In this document: one piece after another, positions 1-8,694 of the stretch | How positions within the stretch are numbered: the first letter of the stretch is position 1 | Layout of the letters: every line of letters starts with the position of its first letter | Virus record (IMG/VR): IMGVR_UViG_3300027994_000004 | Coordinates: 1 to 41,308 of that record | Source: a virus | Direction: 5' to 3' (one strand) | DNA: 41,308 nucleotides | Notes under the pieces: model-generated | Database searches by the model: none | What the model saw: the letters and a program-made list of their open reading frames with translations, nothing else | Told to the model about the DNA's origin: nothing | Program-made: the position numbers and the translations under genes

Positions 1-127
1 ATTTTGATAATGGAATAACAAAATTATCTAAAAACATTAAAAATAATATTCGTGCCTCAATTTCAGTAGATAAAAAAGGAATAAGAATCTACGAAGGAAA
101 CGAAAAAAGCAGAAGCGAAAGACTAAA
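1..127. repeat. Terminal direct repeat; identical to 41182-41308 (circular-assembly overlap or terminal redundancy)
   Basis: Compared both ends base by base: attttgataatggaataac...agcgaaagactaaa is present at both. Joining them keeps the tape-measure ORF in frame. Confidence 0.95.
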
Positions 128-149
128 CCGAAGATTTAATATAGGATAA
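1..149 (+). CDS. 3' end of the tape measure gene (continuation of 38238..41308 across the junction; codon phase starts at base 3)
   Basis: Open frame FDNGITKLSKNIKNNIRASISVDKKGIRIYEGNEKSRSERLNRRFNIG. Stop TAA at 147-149 overlaps the next ATG (TAATG). Confidence 0.85.
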   Translation, partial: FDNGITKLSKNIKNNIRASISVDKKGIRIYEGNEKSRSERLNRRFNIG

Positions 150-2809
150 TGGCAAATAACCCACTTTACGATAATTCATTGAGGCATTGGCTAGATTTTA
201 CCACACCTAATTATGGTCGTGTAGAAATAACTGAACCATTAAATTTCGATAGCTTTTCCTTTAAGATAAAACAGCGGAACGATGGGTTTGGGCGTGACAA
301 GGAAATAGGAGCGGAGGAAATAGATTTAGAGTTTGGTAATGTTTACGGAGAAAAGGCAGAATTTCCACAAACATTAATTAACGGAACTATTGTATATGAA
401 TTATCACATCGTTTGGATTTGTTGTTTGAGGCAAAAAAAGAGGGTGGTTCAGAGTGTGATATAAAATACATTGTAAGCCAAAATGATGTTGATTTTGTAA
501 TGGGTTTGCTTGATATTCCTGAAAGCACGGATGATTGTTATTCTTATCTAAAATGCTCGGTTGTTCAGAACACAAACAAAGCCTTAATTGAGCGAAAAAA
601 GGATATTAAGGCTAATGTTTTTTCTACAGTCGATACGTTTGGAAACCCACAAATACCATTAGAAAAGACAAAGGTACTGCTTAAATCAAAACCTATAATA
701 CAATCAAGCAAATGGGGCGATAAGTCAGTAAACAATATACAGCAGATAGGAACGGCATTAAATTGCCAAATATCAATACCTGTATCAAACAAGCTTTTAA
801 AAAGCGACATTCAAGATTCATATGCGCCTTTCGATGTTGTTTTTCAAGGTCTTGACGTGACATTTGAGGAAAACAATAAATACCGTTACGCAAATAGTTT
901 TCTTACGGCAAAAGAAGCGCTGTCTGGGATAAAGTTAAAAATAAACAAGCTGTCTGTTTCAGGCACAACAAATTTGGGAACTTACACATTGAACATTACG
1001 CGGGCAATATTTGATGATGATGGTAATTGGGTTGCAAATGTTGGCGATGCAATACAGCCTATAATAGAAGAAAACTTTGTTTCAATAACCGATCAGGATT
1101 ATGAAATAGACATTCCGGATATGAATCAAGGGGAAACACTAAATGTTTCAATGACTTGCTTTTTTGCAACTTCCGGACTTGTTTCTTTTGATATGAATTT
1201 CACAAGCTTCTCAATTGAATCTATGGAAATAACTCTAACATCTACCGCAATAAATAGCGTGATAGATGGAGTGCCTTATTTTGATTTTCTTGAGCATGGA
1301 ATAAAGTCAATATCTGGACTTGAATTTGTAGCAAACGACATGGAAACAGGAGAGTTTAAAGATCAATTCGTCTTTAACGGTAATCTTATAAGGCAAAAAA
1401 TAAACACTCCTTTAAACTTTGTTTTCAAGGACGAAATGAATGACCTTAAAGAAACAAATTCTGATTATCAGATTTACAATGACAAGGTAGGTGTTTTTCA
1501 ATATCCGGACTTTTACAGGTTTCAGGACATGGGGGCGTTTTTACAGATACCTGATTTAAAGTTTGAGCGTAAATTTAACGATAGGTTCAAAAAGATAAGC
1601 CTAAACTATTCATACAAGACTTACGAGCAGGACAGGAACGAACAAAATACGGTTGATGCTTTTCATACAGAAGCTCAATTTCTTTTCCCAAATACAAAGG
1701 TCGATGAAGATTTACCCATAGCAATAAATCATATACGTGATCCCTTTACAATTGAAACCGCAAGGCGTGAGGCAATCAGTTCAACAACAGCATTAACCAC
1801 CGATGACAAGATATTTATAATTGATTGCGTTCAATTACCCGAAGGAAGCACAGGAACAATAACAAGACAGTTGCAGATGCAAGTTAGAGAGCCGTTTGGG
1901 TTAAACATCCGCTCAAATGGTTTTAAATGGAGTCTTTTAGGATTTGAAAATGCAGATTTGGTAACTATAACATTTGGAGAAAATCAAGGTGATTACTATG
2001 TACTTCAATATACCGATGATATATTGGAACTTACAACTGTAGGATTAACATTGCCTGAATTTTCAGGCTTATCATTAATTACCTTTAAATATCCTTTGAG
2101 TGGTGTAAGCTGGGTTAACCGAACAGATGAGGGATTTGAACTTATAGAGAATATCGAAAATGCAAACGAGGTTTCAAACCTGAAGTACACAATAAAAAGA
2201 AACCTGACAAGAAACGCCTGGAGCAGTTACTTGGCTACTATATGCAAGGACAATTTGGATGGAGTCATACGAAATACTGATTTCAAGGTTAACGGATTGC
2301 TTACAACTCAATTTTATGGTGGCGAAATACTAGAGGAAAAAGCCGATATTATTGTTTCTACATTGTCGGAAAAGATTCTTGATAAGTATGAATACAAAAC
2401 ACAGGTCGCGATAGGTTTTGAAGAGGCAAAGCAATTGATTGAGGATGTTATAAATTTGCGTGGATTCATAAGGATTTACGACACCCAAAATCGAGTTATT
2501 AAAATACATCCTAAGCTTTTAGATATGAGCTGGGCTGATGGGGTTATGGAGATAGTCGGTGAAAGCAGAAATGAAAGCGATTTTATTGTTATCACATCGA
2601 ATACAGAAGGAATAAATATCTTCAATGTTGGATACGATACGATTATTAACCGTGAATTGGATTGGTTCAAGATAATTAATGATTATGTTCAGATATTCGA
2701 CAACGACCAAAAACCCCTTATAAATGCAACAAACTTTAGAAAAATAAGCGTGAACGGTATATTATTTACAGATGTAGATTTATTTTACCAAACTTTGGAT
2801 AATTTATAG
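149..2809 (+). CDS. Putative tail-tip/baseplate structural protein (Dit/Tal position, directly after tape measure)
   Basis: 886-aa ORF translationally coupled to the tape-measure stop. Function inferred from synteny only; no motif recognised. Confidence 0.6.
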   Translation: MANNPLYDNSLRHWLDFTTPNYGRVEITEPLNFDSFSFKIKQRNDGFGRDKEIGAEEIDLEFGNVYGEKAEFPQTLINGTIVYELSHRLDLLFEAKKEGGSECDIKYIVSQNDVDFVMGLLDIPESTDDCYSYLKCSVVQNTNKALIERKKDIKANVFSTVDTFGNPQIPLEKTKVLLKSKPIIQSSKWGDKSVNNIQQIGTALNCQISIPVSNKLLKSDIQDSYAPFDVVFQGLDVTFEENNKYRYANSFLTAKEALSGIKLKINKLSVSGTTNLGTYTLNITRAIFDDDGNWVANVGDAIQPIIEENFVSITDQDYEIDIPDMNQGETLNVSMTCFFATSGLVSFDMNFTSFSIESMEITLTSTAINSVIDGVPYFDFLEHGIKSISGLEFVANDMETGEFKDQFVFNGNLIRQKINTPLNFVFKDEMNDLKETNSDYQIYNDKVGVFQYPDFYRFQDMGAFLQIPDLKFERKFNDRFKKISLNYSYKTYEQDRNEQNTVDAFHTEAQFLFPNTKVDEDLPIAINHIRDPFTIETARREAISSTTALTTDDKIFIIDCVQLPEGSTGTITRQLQMQVREPFGLNIRSNGFKWSLLGFENADLVTITFGENQGDYYVLQYTDDILELTTVGLTLPEFSGLSLITFKYPLSGVSWVNRTDEGFELIENIENANEVSNLKYTIKRNLTRNAWSSYLATICKDNLDGVIRNTDFKVNGLLTTQFYGGEILEEKADIIVSTLSEKILDKYEYKTQVAIGFEEAKQLIEDVINLRGFIRIYDTQNRVIKIHPKLLDMSWADGVMEIVGESRNESDFIVITSNTEGINIFNVGYDTIINRELDWFKIINDYVQIFDNDQKPLINATNFRKISVNGILFTDVDLFYQTLDNL

Positions 2810-2850
2810 TAATTTTGCTTTAATCAATGTTGACGATAACATAGATATTT

Positions 2851-4032
2851 ATGGACTATTCTTTCTTAAGGCTATTACCCACATTTACAGAGGCTAAACA
2901 GATGATGTTAGACCCCAAGCAATCAACGCACCGTTATTACGATTGCATAGCCTTGCATCCAAACGAAACCTACCTTCAAATTACGGCATCTAAAACAGAT
3001 ATAGTCTTTAATGGCTCTTACAAGGTTTCAATAATCGACGGATGCGAAAATGAACTGAAAGACATTTCTGAAACAGTTACTATCTTTGAATTTTTTGATA
3101 GATTTGGAGTAGCACAGATAACATTCGAAATTGCAGGAATAGGACAAAGTTGGTACGGAATGCCTGTCTATTTGAAGTTTGAAAATACTGTAGGAATCGA
3201 AAGATTTTATTCAAACGCATTTGTGGTCACAGATGAAGATACAAACGAAACAGTAAGATTAAACTATAAGTCTTACGGATTCTTTCAGGGAACGGACTAC
3301 ACAAATTCTCCTTATCTTCAATCGATAAGGATTAAGGCAGAATTTCAGAACACCGATGATGCAACGGAAAACTCAACTTACACCCAAACAAGCGGTAATG
3401 TATTATCATTAAACCCTACAATCGTGTTTCCTGAAAAATTCTTAACCGATTACATAAACAATTTCACTTTTAAGGCTTTGGCGGTTGCCTTAAAGTCGGA
3501 TGTTTGCTATTTGGATTTGTATAGGGTAACTGACAGACCGCAATTAAAGAACGGAGAGCCTATAGGGAACAGCAATATGACCTCTTGTGAGTTTACCGCA
3601 CACCGTAATTTTGATGACAAGATTGATGATGTAAACCAACTAACGCCAGCGTTTAGTATTGTTTATAAATACCCAACAGGAACAATAAACACATCATTAA
3701 CCGAAACAAACAAAATATCAGTTACTTTCAACAAATCAATTGTTTTGGGTATTGGTCAATTAAAGATTTTTGGCGTTGGTGGTTTCCTTATAGCAACATT
3801 GACACAAAGTGATTTTACGGTAGTCGGAAACGGCATTGTTTCGGATGGATTTATTTCTGATTACATACCTGATTTCGGTGATTACTACATAACATTTACC
3901 GAGGGATTGGTTACCTCAATTTCAAACGAAAACATTTCAATAACGAATAATTCAGAATGGACTTTTAAATTTAGTGCCGGCGATTGGTTGGCTGATGATT
4001 TTGATTCTGATGATTTCCTAATATACGAATAA
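2851..4032 (+). CDS. Putative tail/baseplate structural protein
   Basis: 393-aa ORF in the tail module. Beta-rich and acidic at the C-terminus. Position only. Confidence 0.5.
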   Translation: MDYSFLRLLPTFTEAKQMMLDPKQSTHRYYDCIALHPNETYLQITASKTDIVFNGSYKVSIIDGCENELKDISETVTIFEFFDRFGVAQITFEIAGIGQSWYGMPVYLKFENTVGIERFYSNAFVVTDEDTNETVRLNYKSYGFFQGTDYTNSPYLQSIRIKAEFQNTDDATENSTYTQTSGNVLSLNPTIVFPEKFLTDYINNFTFKALAVALKSDVCYLDLYRVTDRPQLKNGEPIGNSNMTSCEFTAHRNFDDKIDDVNQLTPAFSIVYKYPTGTINTSLTETNKISVTFNKSIVLGIGQLKIFGVGGFLIATLTQSDFTVVGNGIVSDGFISDYIPDFGDYYITFTEGLVTSISNENISITNNSEWTFKFSAGDWLADDFDSDDFLIYE

Positions 4033-4034
4033 TT

Positions 4035-4481
4035 ATGAGTACAAAGGCAACAATACAGGCTATTATAGACGAAATAGCGGACGGAGAACCAAACACAGCG
4101 CTAGAGGCTAGAACGGCATATAATGCGATTCTGAACGAATTATTTCCTACTGTTTACTATTCTGCATGGAACGCCAACGTAAAAACGGCAAGTCTGTTGA
4201 CGGGATTTAGGTATTTTTTAACCTTCCAAAAGACAGGGAACAGGGTTTTTTTAAACGGATTTTTTACCACTTCTTTAGGCGCTCCTATAGATACCGATGT
4301 TTTTGCGTTTACGGATGACGAGTTTAATAATTTAAACAATGGAACAGACATAACGGATTTTACATTTGAAACATCTTCAGGGTACAGATTTACAATGACA
4401 GACGGTGTTTTTCAAACAAAATCAGTTATACCCTTAAACACTCCTATATATTTCAATTTTTCATACCCAACAAATCCTTAA
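4035..4481 (+). CDS. Hypothetical tail-module protein
   Basis: 148-aa ORF, 2 nt after the preceding stop. Confidence 0.5.
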   Translation: MSTKATIQAIIDEIADGEPNTALEARTAYNAILNELFPTVYYSAWNANVKTASLLTGFRYFLTFQKTGNRVFLNGFFTTSLGAPIDTDVFAFTDDEFNNLNNGTDITDFTFETSSGYRFTMTDGVFQTKSVIPLNTPIYFNFSYPTNP

Positions 4482-4483
4482 TC

Positions 4484-4981
4484 ATGGCTTTTATCCAAAT
4501 AAGAAAGAAGTTTGAGAATGTATGGGAACACGTTTCCGATACAGGTATATTTATGCTTTCAAAGTTCTACTTTAAACTAGATGACAACGGTTTTCAGATA
4601 GTTGAAAGGGGCGGTGTAAAAAGGCACATTTACCAATTATCCGAAATAACGGTTTATGATGATACAGGAGCAGGTACACCCGAAACATTTACGAATCAAG
4701 TGACGTTATATAATAGACTTCTTGATTTGAAATATACAGGTTTTGAGGCTTCATTGATATTTCCACCAAGTCCTATTTCTGATTTGACTGATTACAAGGT
4801 AGATTTCGAATACGAAGGAGTTAATAATTTTTCAATACCTACAAATGTAGTTGTAGTTTCGGTTCATTTGAATATATCATTACTAACAACATCTCAATAT
4901 ACACGTTTAGGGTCTGTTCTAACCATTATACCGACAATGGTAACAGATGATGTGATTAACGTAAGAGGTATAACATTATAA
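4484..4981 (+). CDS. Hypothetical tail-module protein
   Basis: 165-aa ORF, 2 nt after the preceding stop. Confidence 0.5.
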   Translation: MAFIQIRKKFENVWEHVSDTGIFMLSKFYFKLDDNGFQIVERGGVKRHIYQLSEITVYDDTGAGTPETFTNQVTLYNRLLDLKYTGFEASLIFPPSPISDLTDYKVDFEYEGVNNFSIPTNVVVVSVHLNISLLTTSQYTRLGSVLTIIPTMVTDDVINVRGITL

Positions 4982-4983
4982 TT

Positions 4984-5958
4984 ATGGGAGGATTCAGTAA
5001 ATTTCCTAAACTATTGCTTTCGCTTCTTCCGACTTTAAATAATTCGGCAACAAAGATATTGGTTAGGAATGATGATACGGGAGAGGTTGAGTATATAGAT
5101 AAGTCAACTATAAATGGCACAGTTACAGAAGTTACAGGTGTATCAGGCGAAATTACAGTTGATGCAGGAACAACAACACCTCTTATAGGAATAGACCCAG
5201 CATATACGGCAAGCAAGCAAGACACTCTAACAGAGGAAAACTTGGGCGAGTTTATGGATTTGGAACTTGCTACAAAGTTAACGCCTGGATTAACCGATAC
5301 ATTATTGGCTAGAGATATTCTTACTGGAAATGCAGTTGAAGTAACGGTTGGAAGTGTTGTTGGTTTGGCAAATGCTTATGCAGATTCAAAAGTACAGGAT
5401 AGCATATCAGATGGCACAATAGACAAAGCACCAAGTCAGAATGCCGTATTTGATGCTTTGGCTTTAAAAGCAAATGCAAATAGTGTTGTTTATTCAAAGT
5501 TAATGAGTATTAATTCGTCGATAACGGGAACAACATCGGAAGTGTTTGTAGGTTCAATATTGATTCCTGCTAATACAATGTCGGTCGGTCATAGGATGGA
5601 GATTAAAATGGCTCTTTCAAAATTAGGCGCTGTTTCAAACAACTTTAATCCAGCAATATACATAAGTCCAACGGGTGGGGGAATATCTGGTGAAAAGATA
5701 ATGACAGGAAGGATAGCGACAACAGCTAAATTTTCGGTTAATTCAAGGAATTTAGAGATAAAATCAGGATCTATAAGAGCCCTAAACTTCACAACTCCAA
5801 TAGTAACCGATGAGGCTGAATTGCCTACGGCAAATTTTCAAACTACGGCAACACCTATAAATTATACGATAGATAATTACCTAAACATAGTAAGCGCTTG
5901 CAATTTGTCGACCGAAACTTCAGTAATAGAATATGTATCAGTAAATATATTTAGATAA
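4984..5958 (+). CDS. Putative tail fibre / receptor-binding protein
   Basis: 324 aa. Segments GTVTEVTGVSGEITVDAGTTTPLIGIDPAY and DKAPSQNAVFDALALKANANS resemble motifs I associate with phage fibre proteins. Lies in the tail module. Confidence 0.55.
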   Translation: MGGFSKFPKLLLSLLPTLNNSATKILVRNDDTGEVEYIDKSTINGTVTEVTGVSGEITVDAGTTTPLIGIDPAYTASKQDTLTEENLGEFMDLELATKLTPGLTDTLLARDILTGNAVEVTVGSVVGLANAYADSKVQDSISDGTIDKAPSQNAVFDALALKANANSVVYSKLMSINSSITGTTSEVFVGSILIPANTMSVGHRMEIKMALSKLGAVSNNFNPAIYISPTGGGISGEKIMTGRIATTAKFSVNSRNLEIKSGSIRALNFTTPIVTDEAELPTANFQTTATPINYTIDNYLNIVSACNLSTETSVIEYVSVNIFR

Positions 5959-6344
5959 TGAAAAAATTATACCACATATACGACCCTGAAAACTCAAATA
6001 GAGTTACGGCTTTACTTTCTGAAACAATACTAGAATTTTCAATAAATCATAGCGTAAATGGAGAGTTTGACCCAGCTTTTGATATTGAAAATGATTGTAT
6101 AATTGACTTGAAAATATTTACTCAAGAAGAAAAAGAATGCTTATGCAGTCAGGAGCTTGCTGAATTAAAAAAAGAAAATGATTTAGTTATAGATGATTTA
6201 GTTTATACTCACGTACAAAGATTGGTGATGGATAAAATAGAAATTCCACAGTATATAATAGATAAGAAAGAGGAATTAAAATCTTCATATCACATACAAA
6301 AACAGGCCATACTAAGAAAGTATGGATTAACAATTAACCCATAA
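5958..6344 (+). CDS. Hypothetical protein (possible fibre assembly factor by position)
   Basis: 128-aa ORF overlapping the preceding stop (TAATG). Confidence 0.4.
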   Translation: MKKLYHIYDPENSNRVTALLSETILEFSINHSVNGEFDPAFDIENDCIIDLKIFTQEEKECLCSQELAELKKENDLVIDDLVYTHVQRLVMDKIEIPQYIIDKKEELKSSYHIQKQAILRKYGLTINP

Positions 6345-6356
6345 ATATTTTTAAAA

Positions 6357-7037
6357 ATGAAAAGATTATTTTTATTATTTGTTTTTTTTATTGCTTCGAG
6401 TTCTTTTGCTCAGTATGATCAAAGCCTTAATGGTTATGATAGAGATCCTATAATCAGGAATGATGAATATCAAGCCTTATTGGTATCTAATTTCATAGAT
6501 AGCTCATATATAGGAACATATCGTTCTTATGATGCAAATATAATGAGTGTGCCAAAGCATTTATTTAAAATAAACACGAATCAAGTAATCAATTTACAGG
6601 ATACAGTAGATACCTACGGTTATCTAAAAATTGAATCAGACCCATCCGTGCCGTCATGGTCAAAACAACCCGCTAAACCAACGTATAATGTTTCGGAAAT
6701 AACAGGATATACAGCACCTATAAATTATACATCAGGAACAGGAATTGATATTTCTTCTGGAGTCATAAGTACAACTGCAAAACGCCAAGAAACGTATTCA
6801 GGAACTACAAACGCAAGCGGTCAATATACGGTCGTATTTTCAAATTCCTATTCGGTAGCTCCAAACATTCAGGCCAACATTATAGGAGGATCGGACACCC
6901 AAAATATACGTATTACATCGATAGGCACTACAGGATTTACAGTTACGGTCAGGAATCGAACTGATGTAGTAGGACTGTTGCCTACGTGGAGCAATGTAAA
7001 CGGCGCCTCTGTTGATGTACTCATAACACAGAAATGA
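6357..7037 (+). CDS. Signal-peptide protein with an H-type-lectin-like C-terminal domain
   Basis: N-terminus MKRLFLLFVFFIASSSFAQ is Sec-type. C-terminus VVFSNSYSVAPNIQANIIGGSDTQNIRITSIGTTGFTVTVRNR fits the H_lectin pattern (F..pP.V....v..vt.tGF.v) from memory. Confidence 0.5.
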   Translation: MKRLFLLFVFFIASSSFAQYDQSLNGYDRDPIIRNDEYQALLVSNFIDSSYIGTYRSYDANIMSVPKHLFKINTNQVINLQDTVDTYGYLKIESDPSVPSWSKQPAKPTYNVSEITGYTAPINYTSGTGIDISSGVISTTAKRQETYSGTTNASGQYTVVFSNSYSVAPNIQANIIGGSDTQNIRITSIGTTGFTVTVRNRTDVVGLLPTWSNVNGASVDVLITQK

Positions 7038-7038
7038 T

Positions 7039-7275
7039 ATGAAAAAAAGAACTACACACGCCTTTACAGCAAAGGCATTCGAAACACCTACACCGACTTG
7101 GGCAAAGAATATGTTTAGGATCACTTTTGTTTTAACCGGAGCGATTACGATATTCATTGCAGGAACGAATATCGTTGACGAGAGCTTTAAATACGAACTC
7201 ATGCTGGGAATTAAATCACTAGATGCAGTTGTATGGGGATTGTCAAAGATGTTCGGAGTAGAGATTGAAAAATAA
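7039..7275 (+). CDS. Small membrane protein (holin/antiholin candidate)
   Basis: 78 aa with hydrophobic stretch FRITFVLTGAITIFIAGTNIV. Lies upstream of the endolysin. Confidence 0.45.
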   Translation: MKKRTTHAFTAKAFETPTPTWAKNMFRITFVLTGAITIFIAGTNIVDESFKYELMLGIKSLDAVVWGLSKMFGVEIEK

Positions 7276-7293
7276 ACCCTTAAATAAATTTAT

Positions 7294-7425
7294 ATGAAAT
7301 TAGTTATTGCATTAGACAAAAAGCCCACTGAATTGGAATTAGAAAAGATTGAGGAAGTAGCAAAAGACCTTCAACTTTTTGGTTTTACAGTTGAATTAAT
7401 AGGATCAAGACCAAACGACCGTTAA
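7294..7425 (+). CDS. Small hypothetical protein (43 aa)
   Basis: ATG 7294, stop TAA 7423-7425 overlapping the next ATG. Translated by hand as MKLVIALDKKPTELELEKIEEVAKDLQLFGFTVELIGSRPNDR. Confidence 0.35.
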   Translation: MKLVIALDKKPTELELEKIEEVAKDLQLFGFTVELIGSRPNDR

Positions 7426-7733
7426 TGAAATGGTTGCTTTACATAGCGTTGCTTGTATCGATAATTACCTTTAATACTTGGATGTATTTACCAAAAGGTA
7501 GTTTTTATATTGGCAACGCTATCTTTATTTCGTTGATTTGCTACTACATATATTACAATTTTAAGAAACATTGGATTGCATTTTTATTATTTTCTTTATC
7601 TTTGAATAATTTAGTTGATGAATTATTATTCGATAATACTAAAATTCAGTTAAACGAGTTGTTTTTTACCCTAATTATAGTTTATTTTATTTATAAGAAT
7701 TATGCCAGAAAAAAACCTACCGATAATAGATGA
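7425..7733 (+). CDS. Multi-pass membrane protein (holin-class candidate)
   Basis: 102 aa with about four hydrophobic helices (WLLYIALLVSIITF, IGNAIFISLICYYIYY, IAFLLFSLSL, FFTLIIVYFIY). Confidence 0.5.
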   Translation: MKWLLYIALLVSIITFNTWMYLPKGSFYIGNAIFISLICYYIYYNFKKHWIAFLLFSLSLNNLVDELLFDNTKIQLNELFFTLIIVYFIYKNYARKKPTDNR

Positions 7734-8061
7734 AACACTGGCACTGTTTGTTAAGGTACTAATTCCCGCATTGGTAGGGGTTAGCGTAAAAATAGCTGTA
7801 GAAATGGGAAGGAAACAAATGACAATTAAGAGGGCGGTTATATCCATAATTTCGGGTGTTGGATTAGCCTGGCTATCATCAGGATTGGTAAATAGATTTA
7901 TTGATTCTGATATTCAACCGCTTGTCATAGCAACGGTTGCGATTACGAGTGAAAAGATTGTTGAATACGCATTGTATAAACTAAACATAGATGTTTTATT
8001 TGGCAGTTTGATTGATGCCGGAAGAACTTTCTTGATTAATTTAATAACCGGTAAAAAATAG
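7702..8061 (+). CDS. Putative holin
   Basis: 119 aa with 2-3 TM segments (LALFVKVLIPALVGVSVKIAV, AVISIISGVGLAWLSSGLV, PLVIATVAI). Lies immediately upstream of the endolysin. Confidence 0.55.
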   Translation: MPEKNLPIIDETLALFVKVLIPALVGVSVKIAVEMGRKQMTIKRAVISIISGVGLAWLSSGLVNRFIDSDIQPLVIATVAITSEKIVEYALYKLNIDVLFGSLIDAGRTFLINLITGKK

Positions 8062-8065
8062 AAAT

Positions 8066-8530
8066 ATGGTAACTTCATCACAAGCATTAAAAAAATACGG
8101 AGATCCAAATTTAGCAACTACCCAAGCTAAACATTTTGAGTTATGGGTTGTAGATGCCGATATTTTAGAAGCCTTTAAACACGTAAAGTTTTCAGCTTTG
8201 GGAACTATTGGTTTTCCTAAAAAGATATTTATAAACAAGGACATGAAACCCACTTTGCAAAATGCATTAAGGACTCTTATTTGCAGGGGTTTTAGCAAAG
8301 AATTAAAAACATGGGATGGTGTGTTTGTAATTAGAACAAAAAGAGCTTTAACTTCGCTTAGTTTGCATTCATGGGCGATTGCAGTAGATGTAAACCAAGC
8401 CGAAAACCAATTGAACATGAAACCTAAATTATCGGCTGAATTTGTAAAGTGTTTTACCGATTGTGGTTTTGATTGGGGTGGCACATGGACACGTAAAGAT
8501 GGGATGCACTTCCAGCTTTCTAAAATATAA
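8066..8530 (+). CDS. Endolysin, peptidase M15 (VanY / M15_4-like) family
   Basis: SLHSWAIAVDVN and GFDWGGTWTRKDGMHFQ match the zinc-ligand pattern H..G.A.D ... GG.W...D.MHF of M15 peptidoglycan peptidases. No N-terminal TM. Confidence 0.85.
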   Translation: MVTSSQALKKYGDPNLATTQAKHFELWVVDADILEAFKHVKFSALGTIGFPKKIFINKDMKPTLQNALRTLICRGFSKELKTWDGVFVIRTKRALTSLSLHSWAIAVDVNQAENQLNMKPKLSAEFVKCFTDCGFDWGGTWTRKDGMHFQLSKI

Positions 8531-8550
8531 CTTTGTATTGAAATAATTTA

Positions 8551-8558
8551 TATATTTG
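8551..8558 (+). promoter_or_regulatory. Bacteroidota-type -7 box TAtaTTTG
   Basis: tatatttg in the intergenic gap, with TTTG at 8532-8535 as a possible -33 element. Confidence 0.5.
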
Positions 8559-8563
8559 CTCCA

Positions 8564-8635
8564 ATGAAAACAACAATGTTACATACTCAACGCATACTAG
8601 ACCCGATATTTTTATCAGGAGGTACAAGCGTATAG
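8564..8635 (+). CDS. Candidate leader peptide (23 codons) upstream of the tRNA array
   Basis: ATG AAA ACA ACA ATG TTA CAT ACT CAA CGC ATA CTA GAC CCG ATA TTT TTA TCA GGA GGT ACA AGC GTA TAG. Codons 5-14 include a cognate codon for each downstream tRNA. Confidence 0.4.
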   Translation: MKTTMLHTQRILDPIFLSGGTSV

Positions 8636-8663
8636 GTATATTTCAACATAATATATTTTACTA

Positions 8664-8691
8664 AACCTCCTTTAATCGGGAGGTTTTTTTA
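8664..8691 (+). terminator. Intrinsic terminator / attenuator hairpin 4 nt upstream of the first tRNA
   Basis: Stem aacctcc / ggaggtt with an 8-nt loop tttaatcg, followed by a T7 run. The 5' arm ACCTCCT (8665-8671) is also complementary to AGGAGGT at 8617-8623. Confidence 0.75.
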
Positions 8692-8694
8692 TTT

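Noticed and set aside
6840-7202. 120-aa minus-strand ORF
   Set aside because: It overlaps two + strand genes in a tightly packed unidirectional operon. No independent support.
8041-8484. 147-aa ORF on the minus strand
   Set aside because: It lies entirely antisense to the well-supported M15 endolysin gene and has no start context or motifs. It is a typical shadow ORF.
8617-8623. AGGAGGT as a Shine-Dalgarno sequence for a downstream gene
   Set aside because: No ATG, GTG or TTG-initiated ORF follows within a usable distance, and SD-like sequences are otherwise nearly absent upstream of genes here. Complementarity to the terminator arm is the better explanation.
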